Below, piece after piece: positions 1-13,824 of a DNA stretch of 64,000 nucleotides. A program made the position numbers and the translations under genes. Every line of letters begins with the position of its first letter. The stretch's first letter is position 1. Origin of the DNA: Tubulanus polymorphus (taxonomy: Eukaryota > Animalia > Nemertea); assembly GCF_964204645.1 (NCBI RefSeq), contig NC_134028.1, forward strand, positions 7,254,001 to 7,318,000. The letters are read 5' to 3'. The notes beneath the pieces were generated by a model. The model made no database searches. It was not told where the DNA came from and saw only the letters and a list, made by a program, of their open reading frames with translations.

Positions 1-165
1 GTTAAATCCAGTTGACAACAATGTACATATTGCAATAAAAAGACTTCTTTGCATCTTTCTGATTCCATGCGTCTAATAATCAAAATAAAGGCCTATTGAA
101 TGTATCACTATTCCAAACTTATACCGTTTATCTGGATAGAAAGGAATATATGAACATCTTATAGA

Positions 166-1318
166 CTACAAGGGCGAATTCCAGGGGCAGACTTTGACAG
201 GAGCACACAGAACTGAAAAGGGCATTGTAGTGAAAAAGAGCGAGGTAAGTATCCACGCAGCCAAAACAAGGGTCTTATCTGGAAAATTTGGAAATTTGTA
301 GGTACTGATTAATGCAAGAGAATAGAAGCTAAATCTTGCGCTGTAGACTGCGGTCTTATTAGTTGCGGGTGGAAAAATTGTATTTTTCAATAAGGCATTG
401 TAAAACTGCGCTGGGAGCACGTTTTCCTTGTGCTCCCGTCTAGGTCCGCCCTTTAAAACCTACTTGAATCGATTTCGAAGATCGCCCGAAGTTTAGCGCG
501 TCCCGAACAGTAACTCCTATGGCTTGATTCCCGGCACCGACGACCGTGGTTGTAACGTTACCTGTTGTCTGAGAACGACGTGGTGATGTGGGTCGATCAG
601 AAAATGCGAACGTGAAATTCACCGATGTCAAAGTAGACGGTGAGGTGACCACGTTTGCGTTACTGAATAGGTCAAATTTTCCTGATGAAATTAAAATGAC
701 GAAGTTTGAATTATTTCGAAAGGGACCGTTACTATACATCATAACAAACAACTCATGTTTTAACTTTAACATCATCATTGTATATAGGCTCACAGTTAAT
801 TCTGGACTTCAAAAAATCGGATAGAGGTAAAAAATTTGCGGAGGCATCCTGAGCCTTTGCTTTGGAGCCTGCTACATATTATTTTGATATTCATTTCGTA
901 ATAATCGAAATACGTACCGTTTGGGCGACTACCTGTTACAGTTAGTTCTATTTTCTTCAGACTAGTGGGTGCAGTGTATATTGACCAAACGTTATTAGCT
1001 CCTCCGCAATGAAAGGAGCTATTTCCCAAACAGGGCATCGTACATTGCGATGACGTTTTACCAGGTCGCACGTGTCCGCATAGGCATACATTACCCCCTG
1101 TCACACCTGCAAATCTGTAATATTTATAATTCATTTATGCCGTTATCATATGTGCATCCATCATTCTGATTAACGGATATGCAGCTAATCATAGAACCTG
1201 TAGCTAATCATAGAACATTGCTCTTTGCAGATTGACGGCACCATCTGAGAAAGGGAGGCCCCAATCCTCGCTACGGTAAGTGCGTTGTCATCCACTTGCT
1301 CAAAGCATCCGTTAAAGC
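166..1318 (-). pseudogene. Degenerate WSC + PKD-like ectodomain exon(s), polycystin-like
   Basis: After an acceptor (tttcacag, ~1319) the minus strand reads GFNGCFEQVDDNAL...MVPSICKEQCSMISY. It resumes as YRFAGVTGGNVCLCG...CTMPCLGNSSFHCGG...WSIY (WSC motif) after an ~80 bp interruption containing a duplicated GCTAATCATAGAAC. Beta-rich PKD-like pieces follow in different frames (ORFs 440-793, 166-420). Confidence 0.5.
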
Positions 1319-1557
1319 CTGTGAAATATTGAGAATATGGGTCCAATAGGATCAGATACATGTATATTTCAATGGTTTTTACATATTGCCGCTGACAGTC
1401 AACAGCTATGAGTAAACGACGAACAGAGGTGGCAACCTGTCAACCGGCCAACCATAAGTGCAGTGTGTTAATTATTCTATATGTCTTTCACCGTCAATTT
1501 TATTCATAATTTCATTGTTTCCAGTGCGTAGATTATCGTGATAATCGTGTCGTCATC

Positions 1558-1886
<329 letters not shown>

Positions 1887-1906
1887 TATACATATATACA
1901 TATATA

Positions 1907-2101
1907 CAGTCAACCTCCGATTTACCGCCCTCCCATATACCGCCTACCCCGCCTACCGCCAGGTTTTCTCGATGTAATACATATCTATACAAATATATAG
2001 TAAAACGCTCCCGATATACCGCCATACACTCTATACCGCCATACACTCTATACCGCCAAAATCGTTCTGCACCCATGTGGGCGATGTATCGGGGGTTACT
2101 G
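1907..2101. mobile_element. Small MITE with CAGT termini (Tc1/pogo-like)
   Basis: Imperfect TIRs CAGTCAACCTCCGAT ... ATCGGGGGTTACTG; internal TACCGCC repeats; left end follows TA. Confidence 0.55.
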
Positions 2102-2720
2102 ACGTTATGTTTTTCTGTTATATATACATAGGTCGTCTCATTGCAATCGCTAAACGCGCAATCACCAGACATATGAAATATGAATGTTTATTGTTTTTTT
2201 TTTCAATTGCAATGACGGGTTTGCGGCCATAAACGCCAGTTTTATGTTTCGTTGATGTGAACAGTTTCATTTCGCACTCACACACGAAAATACCTGACGG
2301 AACCATAGTAACAGAGGTTTTCCAATACAACTTCAAAACAATATTGGTAATTGAGTTTTTCATTTCAGGAACCACAAACCACTTAATTCTATTGTTTAGT
2401 CGACGTTGAACCAATCATATGTTTCAACCACTATAATATCGAAACAAATGTATAATTCATAAGGTGGAATACATATATACGTATATATTCAGTGAAAAAT
2501 AGTAACGCTTCTGTTTTGCTTCTGTTCTGCAATTGGGTTTAGTTTTCTCAAATACTTGCTAACTTACCTGTAAGCGAAGACCAAGTTACGTCCTCACAGT
2601 AAGGATTATCTTACTTTAAAGTTGTATTAAAAAAATCTGTTATACTGACGATGATCAATGACCATCTTAAAGTTTCGAATGGAATGCCCAGCCATCTTCA
2701 AATGATAGATTTCTGAGAAT

Positions 2721-3136
2721 TACGGAAGCGATAAGGGGCCTCGAGATGTCGCGTTCCAACTCGACAAGTCGTCATATTTATGTCGATATATCGTGATATA
2801 TCGCGTCGAGTCGACATGAATATGTCGACATACCGTGACGTTTTGACGACATATTTCGTTTTCGCGACCATTTTCCTCGCGACAAGTCGACATATTCACG
2901 ACGACTTGAAACCCAGTCGCCATATTAGTGGCGTCCTCATCTTACATTTAGACGTGTCTTCAAATGACGGCTTGTCCCGTGGAAAATGGGCGAAAAAGCG
3001 AAATTTGTCGTGAAAACGTCACGATATGTCGACATATTCATGTCGACTTGACGCAATATATCGCGATATGTCGACATGAATATGGCGACTTGTCGAGTTG
3101 GAACGCGACATCTCGAGGCCCCTTATCGCTTCCGTA
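2721..3136. mobile_element. 416 bp foldback/MITE element with >120 bp TIRs
   Basis: TACGGAAGCGATAAGGGGCCTCGAGATGTCGCG... is mirrored by ...CGCGACATCTCGAGGCCCCTTATCGCTTCCGTA; GAGAAT flanks both sides. Confidence 0.9.
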
Positions 3137-4341
3137 GAGAATGGCCGGAGGCATTTTTACCGAAACGTCGGAGTCACAAATGATAGTGAATATTGTGGAC
3201 CTGTTACGTAGATCTTATAACAATAAGTTAACTATTTGGAACAAACAAATAACACAAGCGTATCGCTCTTATTTGCTTCGAACATAGAACCCGACAAATT
3301 AGTGTAATGGATAATCATTGTATCACAAAGAAAATTATCTGAAAGAAGAGAAAGTTATGTAAATTTCAACAGAATTAAGCGTGAGTTTGATAACCTCTGA
3401 CCTAAGAACGAACCAGGGGCCAGTCGCTCAGTCATGGCCTACGGCACAAAGTTTTCTTAAACATTGAGACTGGTCCCAAATTCTTCGATTGACTATAGAA
3501 CTAAGTTGGGTCTTAGACTGGTCTTAAGTCGAAGCCGTGAATACGCAACCGGCATCTCAATTTTACCTCTGTCGTTAGTTGGAGCAGGGGTTGTCGTCAG
3601 AGCTCTTGGTATGTAGATAAAAACGACTAACATAAGAAACATGATCGCTTTCTTCCTTAATCTGGAACGAGAAATTATTAAATTCATATTGAACAAATTA
3701 GATTTATCATTGTAGACAGCACAATCCTAACCGAAATACGATAGAACATAAATGAAGAAATCCCACACTTCAAATTTTAAAATTATACGATCAAATTAAT
3801 TATAATGAAATCACAACGTTTCGGCTGTTGACTAACAGCCATCGTCAGGTGGAATGATCAAGCCGATCATTCCACCGATGATTCCACCTGATGATTATAG
3901 TGTTTATTCGACAACTAACGATTGAACATATCTTGACTATGTTATGTCATTGAAATTGTAGAAGCTATATGATAGGATAACCGGGTAACGCCTACAATTT
4001 ACTTAGAACAGATTTTCGATGATTTAAATATAGTATTTATGCTGCCACCTGAGCCCCTGGACTGAAGCTGCGTTTCCGGCGGCCCAAGTCTTCTGGAATG
4101 ACGGCAACTTAACAAACCGATTGTTTTGGTTTTTGCCATCCGCTTAACAGGCGAGGGCACATATTTTAATGCGATTAATTCCATTATCGAAACTTATATA
4201 CGCTGCGTATTTGAAGTTTGATTATTGAAAAATGAAGATTCAAACTGTCTTTACGTATTCATTTTTCTTCAAATGATTTTTCTTAATCGCAACAGTAACA
4301 CGATTCATTTTGAGATAAATATATTCCTACGACACGATCGA

Positions 4342-4541
4342 TTTCGCTGAATCATTTCAATTCAACCTCATCAGGCAGGATTAAGTGAAATATGTGGCAT
4401 GGAATTACATCGCTTTAAGAATGATATTATAATAACTTGTTGATATCATTTATCATTAATTATATGTACATTAGTTCAATAATTCATACCTGATGAGGTT
4501 GTGATTTTGTTATGGATTTTTCATCAATCACACAAGCGAAA
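4342..4541. ncRNA. Opposed pair of hammerhead-ribozyme-like cores
   Basis: Minus strand: CTGATGA-G-GTTGAAT/ATTCAGC-GAAA (4374-4342). Plus strand: CTGATGA (4490)...stem...GAAA (4538). Confidence 0.55.
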
Positions 4542-7500
4542 TGTAGTATATTTGATAGGATACCGGAAGCATTTCTATCATTCTAACTTCCCAGAACAAT
4601 CGAGTTACCTTTATTAACTACTTTCAAAAATATATACACAAAGCTACTAACCTTATTACGACGAAATTGCTGAATCGATGTAACAGCATCCTCGGCGGTG
4701 TACGTACATGTAAATCAGAACTATTTGCACATACTTCGTCGCCGATAGTTTCACCAAGGCGATTACTCGCAGCATGAATATGAATAAAATATATACACGC
4801 GCATATACACGAATATTTTTTCTAAATTTCATACATTTCATCAAAAGGATTTTGCCACCGGAAACCAACGTACGTACGCTCGTCGACATGAAATATTGGA
4901 CAATTTTACGTTGAGATCGAATGTCATATCAAAACTTGAAATATTCGGGCCAAGCTGTACACAGCGCTATCATAATACTTAGGTCACCAATTCGAACCAT
5001 AACCGCGGCTAAACTAATAAAAGTAATAACATTATGTATATACATCCTCAAAATAAGGATTATGTTCATATGTTATCTTAAAAAATCAATTTTGAATGGT
5101 CGGTAAATGTTAGAAAACCCACAATATTTTCTCATGATTATTAATCATTAGAATTGAAAGAGATGAAATTGGTTTATTTTATAGGGCCAGTGCTATGCAG
5201 GGTTTCCCAGGAAAACGAAATTTTAAAGGGAAACGGTTTGCTAAATTGGTAAAATCTTAAGTGAATAATGTCCTCGTTAGATTAGGCGCGGATGCAGGGA
5301 CAACACCGTTGAGGGTAGCACAACGAATAAAAGGCATAATCCACGACAAACGAGGGGAAGTTGAAATTTACTGCTTTTTGATGCAATTCCCAAGCTACAA
5401 ATGAAGTCCCGATACAACGTGCTTTCTAGATAACTTATTGCATTGAGATTTTAGTGATCTAAAGTGGACCCCGAACGATAAGTAAAACAAGCCACATAGA
5501 GTTCCTTTGGAAATTTTGAGACACAAGTAGAAAAGAGATCTGAGGCCTGTGAGAATGATATAATTAATTAAATCGCTTAAGTTGACAAGGCGTACATATA
5601 CTCAACGCATACGTATGTGGCACTAGTGATCCCTGGGAAAATACCGTCTCATATACGGGTATTTCCGTAGTGCGGGTATATATGAAATCCATTTCCTGTG
5701 TCGACTTAATTTTTCAACTTGAATCAATAATGTGGTATAACGATTTTTATTGATGATACTTCACCGTGCCATTGTTCGTTAACAATTCATGATTTTCTTA
5801 CAGAGTGAAGCAAATATTCGATATTTCGTTCCTGCGCTTCAGGCATATAAATATATATGAAATATATTTTCTCAGAACATGTGCCAGTCGTTTTTAAGAC
5901 ATTTCTATCCCCAGACTATGGTATACTTGAAGTAGGTTTCGTCCTGAGTTTTGTATGGAGTTCCAATTTACATATACTCAATGCCAAAGTCCGAATGTTA
6001 TTTCAGAGTAGCTTTGACATAGTAAGACGATGAATAAGATGACGACGACAACGTCCAACTATGTAGATGATGCAGGAATGTAAAATAATACGTCATACTG
6101 GACGTCAAATCGAAGTCAACTACTGAGTCTTTTTGACGCCGTAAAAACAGTTACAATAATGTTCATTGATGCATGTGTTATATATAAGGTGTTCTATGTG
6201 AGTCGATATGCTGAGGAAAATTTCACGGGTGAACTATAAATGGGAAAACCCGGGTTGAAATAAAACGGGATATTTGATTGGCTAATAATGATATCATCGA
6301 AGCTGCACATAAAGCTGCGCACTCGGTCTAGTGTGTAAGGTTCCAAGTGCCTTCAGGTTCATCAGGTTCGAATCCCTACCGGGGGATGGTGGGAAATGAC
6401 TGAAGTGAAATGATTGCAGTTCATTGCATACATTTTAAATAACTCAGTAATACAGGAACTGACTCTATGCACTGGTATTTTAACTTTAGGGTAGCTCACT
6501 TGAAAATGAATTAAGTTTGGCCCAAGTCGGTAACCTGTCTGTGGTTATAGATTCGGATACTTTCACAAATCAAGCCCATGATCCGGAAACAAATACTAAC
6601 CACCAACGATTAGGTTGTAGAAAGTTGTGACTATACTTAAGGAAAAAACAAGAGCTAATGTATTAGATTTACATTGTGGGGTTTTCTCTTCGAAACGATT
6701 AGATTACTAACTAGTTTGCCCCTTTCAAAGCAGTCCTTCGTCTAATTTAATTGCACATTTTTAATGCTTGTTATTTGTTCATTAATTATGTAAACATTTT
6801 ATGGGCAAATAAATCATATCATATCATATAACATCATATCCCGACGACAGATGGCACGAAACGTTGCCGTGATGAGGTTTCGCGATGAAAGCATTTTGCA
6901 ACGACCGTGTGCGGTATCCAAGGAACGAAACGAACATTCTTCGGCTTCATAGATGGCGAAAGCTATCACTTGGTTCTTATGCGGCAAACATTCAACGGTA
7001 CCTAGTTGCCAATTTTACACATAACCAATTAGTATAATCCTCAGGCAATCTTCAAAAAGTTTTCAAGTCTAAAAATGCCACCTCTACGTAATAGGGATCT
7101 TTGAAGTACGTCATTGGAATTCGTATTTCGAGGAATACTGTATCAATCATTATTTTCACAGAACAGCAACTGCGCTGACGAAATGGGATATTGATGCGAG
7201 AAATTTTTTCGCATATATAACTGAATTATTCTCAATTCCGTAATAAAATCGGTGCGTATCAAAGATAACGCGTACATATAGTTGCCATGGATACGTTAAC
7301 ATCCTGTCACCTGTAAACGCGAACTGATCGCAGCCATATTCTCAAGATTGCTCATGGATAGTGATGTGTGCTGTAGCACAGTTGCCTAGCAAAATTTTAG
7401 GATAACTGCAACTACAGTTCTATTCAAGACAATAAAGTAAGTAATCTATATCAAAAATGCCACGATTGAAACACTACTTCATTGGTAATGTACGTAATGT

Positions 7501-9580
7501 ATTAACTTAAGAAAATTAAAAACTAATAGTTCTTTAAAAGGATCGCCAATAGATATTCGTTTCGAATAAAGAAAAATGCTCGCAACTGACGCCTTTCGGT
7601 ACTGCAATGACATGGTTGTATAAAACTGAGTAGCTGTTTTATAGCCTTCTATTCGTGAAGCTGAAACTCGGATTTTCATAATCCCCTTAAATATATCGGT
7701 CTTTCGATGAGAAAAGCCTGCCCTCAGGATTCTACTGTGAGCTGTTTCGAGTTATTAGTATTTAGAAATAAGTAAAAGTATCGGTAATACCCTTTCCAGC
7801 TGCTGATAAATAAGTTAAATGAAATCGCTGATTATAATTGGTTGTTCGAAACACAGCAAAATAAACAGAAATAGATACATATATTTTACCGAAGCCACAT
7901 TTGGCTAAGCAGTTCGATTCGAACAAGCACCACCTTTCATTTAAAAGTCTAAAAAGTAGGTTTGTTTTAAGTGGTGCTGCCAGGCAACTTTAATGAATGA
8001 GGAAGCGTGTATACTTAACTACAAATGTAATGTATATACTTATTGTCATAATTATGGCTTTGTAAGTGGCGCGGAATTCTCTCTTCATATATCAAAATGA
8101 AATAATTTTCAGTGATCAAAACTGACATAAATATCGATACATTTTTCTAGATTGAACTACATATAATGTATGTATCATAATACACGATCGTTATTTCGAC
8201 ACGAGGAACGGTTATGATTTAGAGTCGGTCGCTTAGGCGTAGGCAACTCAGAAATTGTGTTTTTTTTTTCGCGGCCAAACGCTACTGTGCGGTCGCCATG
8301 GAAATGCATGCTCCGTAACTTCAGCCATTTCGTGCCCAGATATTTGCGTCGTTAGTTTGTATTTCCCTCGATAAATAATGACGTCAGCATTCGATCGAAA
8401 GTGAAATGACAAAAATCTCATTTCCGCAACAAATTAATATTTAATGAGTAACTCTTGATTTTGAAAAGGATATCTTACCACCGGGATTTCGATTCATTTA
8501 GGAAATGCTGTATGTTCTATGCCGCACGCGGTATTGGGAAATGACTGATATCTATAGACCTATCGAATTCTAACGATCAATCAATTCGCTACTTTGTTAA
8601 TAAGTTTTTTTTCTGGTATTCTTTTTTAAATTGTTTAGCTTTCTTCTTTTTTGTCCTGTTTTTCCATGAAATAAATAATGAATTGAATTGAATTGAACTG
8701 AATTGAATTCAATTGAAAAAGAAGGGCTTAAGAAATTCCGCAGCCTTTGAGATACTGCAATCCGTGTCGTAGTCTATTATTCTATTTGGAGCCAAATACC
8801 AAGTCTGAATTTGGTGTTACGATTGTATCTTTGGCAAACGTCTACGCCGTGCGCAGCGTTCTGCCATACGACGGCATGGCACAAATCCTGTGTTGCGGCC
8901 AAATATCAAGTAAGCGTGGCCTTGAGTTGAGATATGGGAAAGTTTGAGAAAATAAAATAAGTTGTACGCAGACCCATTCTTTGGAACTGATAACTAATTT
9001 ATCCTATTAAGAGGATTATCCTATTAAGCCCAAAGCATAACCGAGTAAAAAAGTCTAAATCGATATTCCCGAAAAAGAAGTAGATCGCACATCGTCATTC
9101 TATAAGAGGTCGCCTTATTTCAAACCAAGACCCACACGCGAAAACTCGGTCTCCTAAAATGTTTTATGGAATTCCCCGAGTTGATCAAGTAGGTCTTAAC
9201 CAAATCAGTGTTAGATGACTGCAGGCTGCTCTACGCTATATCATCCGAGTCTATCCATCATAAGTATTGATCTATTTTAACCTTTTCGCTAGATTATTTC
9301 GATGCCACACAATCGACCATGAAATTGCCAATTATATGTATACACACATATACAGACAAACGTGTAACTTATACTTCATAATCCAGGCCAGAGTGATTCT
9401 TAGCATTTCATTGCATTCACTATATTCACAATTATTCGAGAGCACTTATCAACAACTGTAAAACAAATAGATTTATCGCATTTATTCTTATTCGAAGGAG
9501 CAAGCGATGAATTAAACGAAAATTGAATTCAAAGATACGTATGTTTACACTATAACTTTGGGCAAAAATACATATGTATA

Positions 9581-9840
9581 TGGGCGAGCGGTGCGGGCGA
9601 GTGTTAAGAGGGTTCGACTCTGGGAAGCCAGGTCGTGTGTACAGGTTCGAACCCCACCCCGCAGTGTCCCCGGGCAGGACTATCTTCATTGCCTCTTTCC
9701 TTTGGGAGTAAATGGGTACCTTGCCTGATAGGTGACTCCTGAACGCCTAGTAGCTACTCCAGATGTTACTTCTCCCCAGGGAGAGAGACTGATACATGGT
9801 TAGAGTTATAGGCCGGGTTGATAATACCAATACAGCGTGC
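9581..9840 (+). mobile_element. tRNA-derived SINE
   Basis: Degenerate A box and B box GGTTCGAACCC (~9644), then GTGTCCCCGGGCAGGAC and GTAAATGGGTACC, which resemble conserved SINE central domains (Meta/Deu type). 3' end is approximate. Confidence 0.65.
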
Positions 9841-11034
9841 TCTCTAACTCGGGTCTGATTAGTGCCAATTTGGCCCAAACCAAATGGTCTCATTCTGTGT
9901 AGTCACGGCTTATGTAAATAAAAGTTAAGAGTAGCCTGAACTTTGAAGCATCATCCTAAAAATCAATTTTTCGAAAAATTTAAGGATCTATAATGCACAT
10001 GCGGTTTATTCAGTACAAACATAAAATCACGCCGCTAACGTAGTATCGAAGATACAGTGAAATTGTATTTGTGAGGCAGATGCATTCAGTACGGAAAACC
10101 TGATCAATTATGAATAAACCTAACGTCATTTCTGCGTGTTATGCGCTTTAATTAAGTAACTAAAAAACACCAATAATAGATTGTTCGATTTTACAATAGC
10201 GTGCTACAGATTGACTAGTCGAGAGATTCGAAAGTTGGTGAAATGAAATATGTACATATAATATCATTATAATAACGGGGGCTGATCGTGGAGGTATTTT
10301 CTGGGGTCCAGACACCTGCCTTTCTCTTGTGGTTGCATCCTTTTTGTCAAAACAAGTGAATTTGCCTGGCGTTGAAAACCAGTTTTTCGTTTTAACGTGG
10401 TCTTTCTGCTTTCAACGCCTCATTGGATTTGGCGATTTGGAAAAATTGGTTTTCACGTGGAGTTAAAACGAAAGGGGTAAAATGCAAACAAAAAATCGGT
10501 GTGATCGAGTGTCATATCTTTTCTAAATATGCCCAAATCAGCCACCATAGATTTAGGACAAACAATGAAAATTACAGGATTACAAAAAAATTCAATACAA
10601 CGGTCGAGGTCCAGTTGAAAAGAAAAGGCATTTGTTAGATAAAGTAGCCATACTGTAGACCACTGGAGTCCCTCCCGGTATTAGATATCTTTGAAGCAAT
10701 ACATGCGAAAGGGTGCAAGTTGCAAGAGGAGGATGTAAAAAATTGGCCGTTTGGCCAGGGTCCGGACCCCAAAAAACCAACCCCTAAAAACCAACCCCCC
10801 CCCCCCGAATTACGAACGAAATTCGTAAATAATAGTATAAAAAGGCAGCTGAAATAACTTTCATACATGGTTGACATATTGCCGCCTCACTCTAGCTATT
10901 TCTACACACGCGCTTTAAAGCAGTGAAGATTATATTGGACTAGCGCCAAATACTTTGTGTTGATTGAAACATAAATGAACTATCATTGTGGGACTTAGAT
11001 ATCACCTGAGACTGTTTCTTTTTTTATTTTCAGA

Positions 11035-12068
11035 ATGTCAGGGGCTGTTTGGGTCGTAATTATCGGCACATGTTTATTTGCAAAATTGTCCATTTACACA
11101 ACGCAGTCGTCGAGCACAAGTCCAGGCACATCCCCAAGTTCACTCACATCGACTGGTCAACAAACCTCAGGGCCAACAGCATCATCGTCGCTCAGTTCAG
11201 CGACTAGCCCGACGAGTTCGGTCTCACAAGGGACATCTTCATCCCCACAGACAACGACAAGTGTACTGCAGACCCAGACGGGGCCGACCCAGACATCGCC
11301 GTTCAGTTCATCGGCATCTAGTGTTGGTAATACGGCAGCCGGTAGTTCATCTTCGACGCTATCGCAAGCTGTATCTCAACCTCAATCTTCGTCTCAATCG
11401 ACGCCTCAATCTAGTTCTACTCCAGCTAGTGTTTCTACGCAAACTGGTTCGACTCCTGCGAGTTCGATCTCGAGTTCATCGCAGTCACCGGTCACCACAA
11501 CCGTCAAACTGGTACGTTCATTCGGTTTGTGAGGTGAAACCATACGTCAATATCGGCAGTATAGCGCGCTGCTTACACGTTCAAAAATTGAATTGAAATT
11601 TTTAATTTTTCATTAGATGAAATGTTACGACTGCGACTCTACGCAGGCCTGCAATCAGAAACAAACTGTCGATTCAACCAAACAAGTTTGCCCTGCCGAT
11701 CACGTATGCGGGGTAAAATATCTACCTGTTTGCTCTTAATATTCGAAAGAAAAAATCCAGAGCTGGATTGTTTAGTTGATTCTGCCTGTTGATTCTGGTT
11801 TTAGGTGATGAAGTACGATGAATTAGATGGCGACAAACAGTTCAACTATACCCGAAGCTGTATCCCGGACGCGGAATGCTACCAGGAGCGACACATCAGA
11901 CAATGCCTTACCCGACTCCTGCCGGCTAAACAACGGCGCTGTTACCACTGCTGTAAAACTGACCTCTGTAACGGACTCATCTTCAAATCTGCGGCCGAGA
12001 AAACTAATCCGCCGCTAGTTTTTACATTCCTAGTAGCAGCCCTCGTTGTAATTGTGATCCAAACTTGA
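11035..12068 (+). CDS. Secreted/GPI-type protein: Ser/Thr-rich mucin region + Ly6/uPAR (three-finger) domain
   Basis: Exons 11035-11511, 11617-11712, 11805-12068, all GT-AG and phase 0. Signal peptide, ~130 aa S/T/P/Q tract, then MKCYDCDSTQAC...CPADHVCG...RSC...CYHCCKTDLCN and a hydrophobic C-terminus (LVFTFLVAALVVIVIQT). Confidence 0.88.
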
Positions 12069-12664
12069 ATTTGTTAGTAAATTCCACGTCATCTTAGGCT
12101 GCAGAATCCGAACTCTGGCATAGCATCCAGGATAAGAATGACAATTCTGAAGCCATAAGTTGTCCAGCTTGTATGGTTAGATTTCTATTGTGTTTAGCAA
12201 ATTTTGAATTTTCGCTCTTTTTTCTTTAAGAATAATGTCTGTATTTTAATGTTTTTAATGTGATCTGGACCGTCCTTGGTGGATCGAAATATATATGATC
12301 ATTTGATAATTCTTAGTCGTCCAATTTGTGTTGAGTGTAAAAAATAAACATATTCTAAGCCGTCCATTTAGTCCGTTCATCGAGATTCGTTCTTGATTAC
12401 GTGTTCCGTATTTATAAGATTTTCCAACAGACAATAAAACAACATTATTTATCAAGGAAGATTTAGTTTTGTGTATTTCTTTTAGAGAAACACCATTTCT
12501 AGAAGACACGGTTTAACTCAGTTTTATAGGTCATAATGACCCAACTCAGGTCATTTGAGGACTAAGACCAAAACGGAAAGAGACGACTGGACCTATCATT
12601 TATGCTACTCGTGTACATGAGTTCAGGAGCCATGATTTAGGCATCCTCCCGGGGCATCAATATT

Positions 12665-12934
12665 GCCACGGTACGAAACCCTGCCGCATTAGACCGAGTG
12701 CGCAGCTAGCGATATCATTATCAGCCAATCAGATATTCCGTTTTATTTTAGCCCGGGCTTTCCAATTTATATTTTTTCCGTGAAATTTACCTCAGCGATT
12801 AAAAAACAAGCAATCTGATTGGTGCCGCAAGTTTTCGTGCGGCAAAGCTGCGCATGTACCTGCGCACCCGGTCTACTGTGGCAGGGGTTCGTGCCGTGGC
12901 TGAGTGTAGCGATGCCATCAGGTTCGAATCCCTG
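12665..12934. mobile_element. MITE family (other copies at ~6205-6380 and 60427-60940)
   Basis: TIR arms GCCACGGTACGAAACCCTGCCGCATTAGACCG / CGGTCTACTGTGGCAGGGGTTCGTGCCGTGGC; core AGCCAATCAGATATTCCGTTTTATTTTAGCCCGGG is shared by three loci. Confidence 0.8.
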
Positions 12935-13824
12935 CCGAGGAAGGATGGATTTAGACTATAGAAAAGCAGGCTAGTGCCGAGCTTTTCTGAGGGGCAGTTC
13001 AATTTCAAGAAAAATGGCATTTTTCTACGAGAAAAGGGGCACTTTCCTATTGTAAAAGGACTGATCTTAAATACGTAAAATACTGTCAGGGTACCTGAAT
13101 AAAGCATTTGAGAATGGATTATTTTTCATTTTCCAAAAAACATGAAAATTGTTTCCAAATTTCGGAGATTTTAGGTGGTTCGTTAACTTCACCCCCCTTG
13201 GAAAATGGACTTTTATCATGGGCGAACTACAGCTTAGTCGACAACATGGACGGAGCTAATAAGCGAACACCCTAAAGTTCGGTCTTATGCCTTTCGCAAT
13301 GTCGGCCATCTTGACGCAGGTTGTCCGAACTGCGACCGCGCTCAATCCCCTGGTTTACGGACTATAGTTCCAACTACCTGATTTTCGGTATGACTTAGTC
13401 AATAATTGGATTGGGGGAGGTGCGATTATGTAAAACGGCAAAATATCGAAGGAAACTAGTTTCCAAGCGGTTGAATTAGCAGAATGGCGTGAATTTCTAG
13501 AAAACAGGTTTATCGAGACAAGAAACACCACCGTAGATCGGTTCAATCCGTTAATCCTACCATATTACATTCTGGAATTTGAAAATCAAGAGATTAAACG
13601 GGATTGTCTCATTATGCCGGGCACTTTTGGACTTACACCAAGGATCTTTAAATGGACCTTTAATTTTTTGATCGCAGTAAAGACACCACCGTCAGAAGAT
13701 TTCACAAGCTGCTTTGGCCACGATATATAATCGGAATCTTCACTTTGCCCGGCGCGGCGGTCATTTTCTGAGTCACTTGATGTTTAACCGAGCAACAAAA
13801 TTACACAGACTCAACTACCTTCTT

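Noticed and set aside
2760-3100. Recurrent GTCGACAT motifs as a CRISPR-like array
   Set aside because: Irregular spacing, no unique spacers, explained by a foldback element, and the context is eukaryotic.
11078-11596. 172 aa Arg/His-rich ORF
   Set aside because: Alternative frame of the Ser/Thr-rich exon.
12900-12940. GGTTCGAATCCC next to MITEs (also ~6365 and ~60930) as tRNA genes or a tRNA target site
   Set aside because: There is no cloverleaf, and the reverse complement occurs at the opposite end (60427-60449), so it is part of the TIR.
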